Assembly: GCF_009914755.1 (NCBI RefSeq)
Contig: NC_060935.1
Origin: the human T2T-CHM13v2.0 reference genome, Homo sapiens
Direction: 5' to 3' (one strand)
DNA length: 64,000 bases
The translations under genes were made by a program, and so were the position numbers. Below, piece by piece: positions 63,708 through 64,000 of the stretch. Every line of letters starts with the position of its first letter. Position 1 is the first letter of the stretch. The notes below the pieces were generated by a model. The model did no database searches. It was not told the origin of the DNA and saw only the letters and a list, made by a program, of their open reading frames with translations.

Positions 63708-64000
63708 TGTATCGATGAAAAGAGTCGAACTCTGTAAAATATTTTAAGAGATTTATTCTGAGCCAAATATGAGTGACCATGGCCCATGACACAGCCCTCA
63801 GGAGGTTCTGAGAACATGTGCCCAAGGTGGTCGTGTTACAGCTTCGTTTTATGCATTTTAGGGAGGTAAGAGATATCAATAAAATACATTTAAGAATTAC
63901 ATTGGTTTGGTTCAGAAAGGTGGGACAACGCAAAGCGGGGCTTCCAGGCTATAGGTAAATTTAAACATTTTTCTGGTTGACTATTGGTTGAGTTTATCTG
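63708..64000 (-). mobile_element. MER4A-family (ERV1) LTR, continuing past the window edge
   Basis: 'aaagagtcgaactctgtaaaatatt...gagatttattctgagccaaatatgagtgaccatggccc...acatgtgcccaaggtggtc'. Confidence 0.88.

Overview
AT-rich, CpG-poor primate genomic DNA, most likely human or great ape (it carries AluY and an L1PA3-like element). It looks intronic or intergenic, and I recognise no host protein-coding exon, RNA gene or CpG island. A large share is transposon-derived: a near-full-length but dead L1PA7-like element (~1.6-7.9 kb, minus) with a nested AluY, a ~420-bp RT deletion and an open antisense ORF0-like frame; four 5'-truncated L1PA/L1MA copies; 13 Alus plus a free monomer; ERVL/MaLR/ERV1 solo LTRs (MLT2, MLT1, MER4A); DNA-transposon relics (piggyBac MER75, Tigger MER6-type MITE, hAT MER45); MIR/L2 relics; and microsatellites. 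Every ORF in the track with recognisable protein similarity is a LINE-1 fragment; the rest look spurious. I found no convincing new biological system. The best leads are transposon-derived regulatory or splicing architecture (an MLT2 LTR with a perfect splice donor upstream of the L1; L1 antisense ORF0), a probable L1 3' transduction, an L1-L1 fusion without TSD, and several candidate enhancers and cryptic exons. Subfamily names come from recalled consensus sequences and need RepeatMasker/Dfam confirmation.
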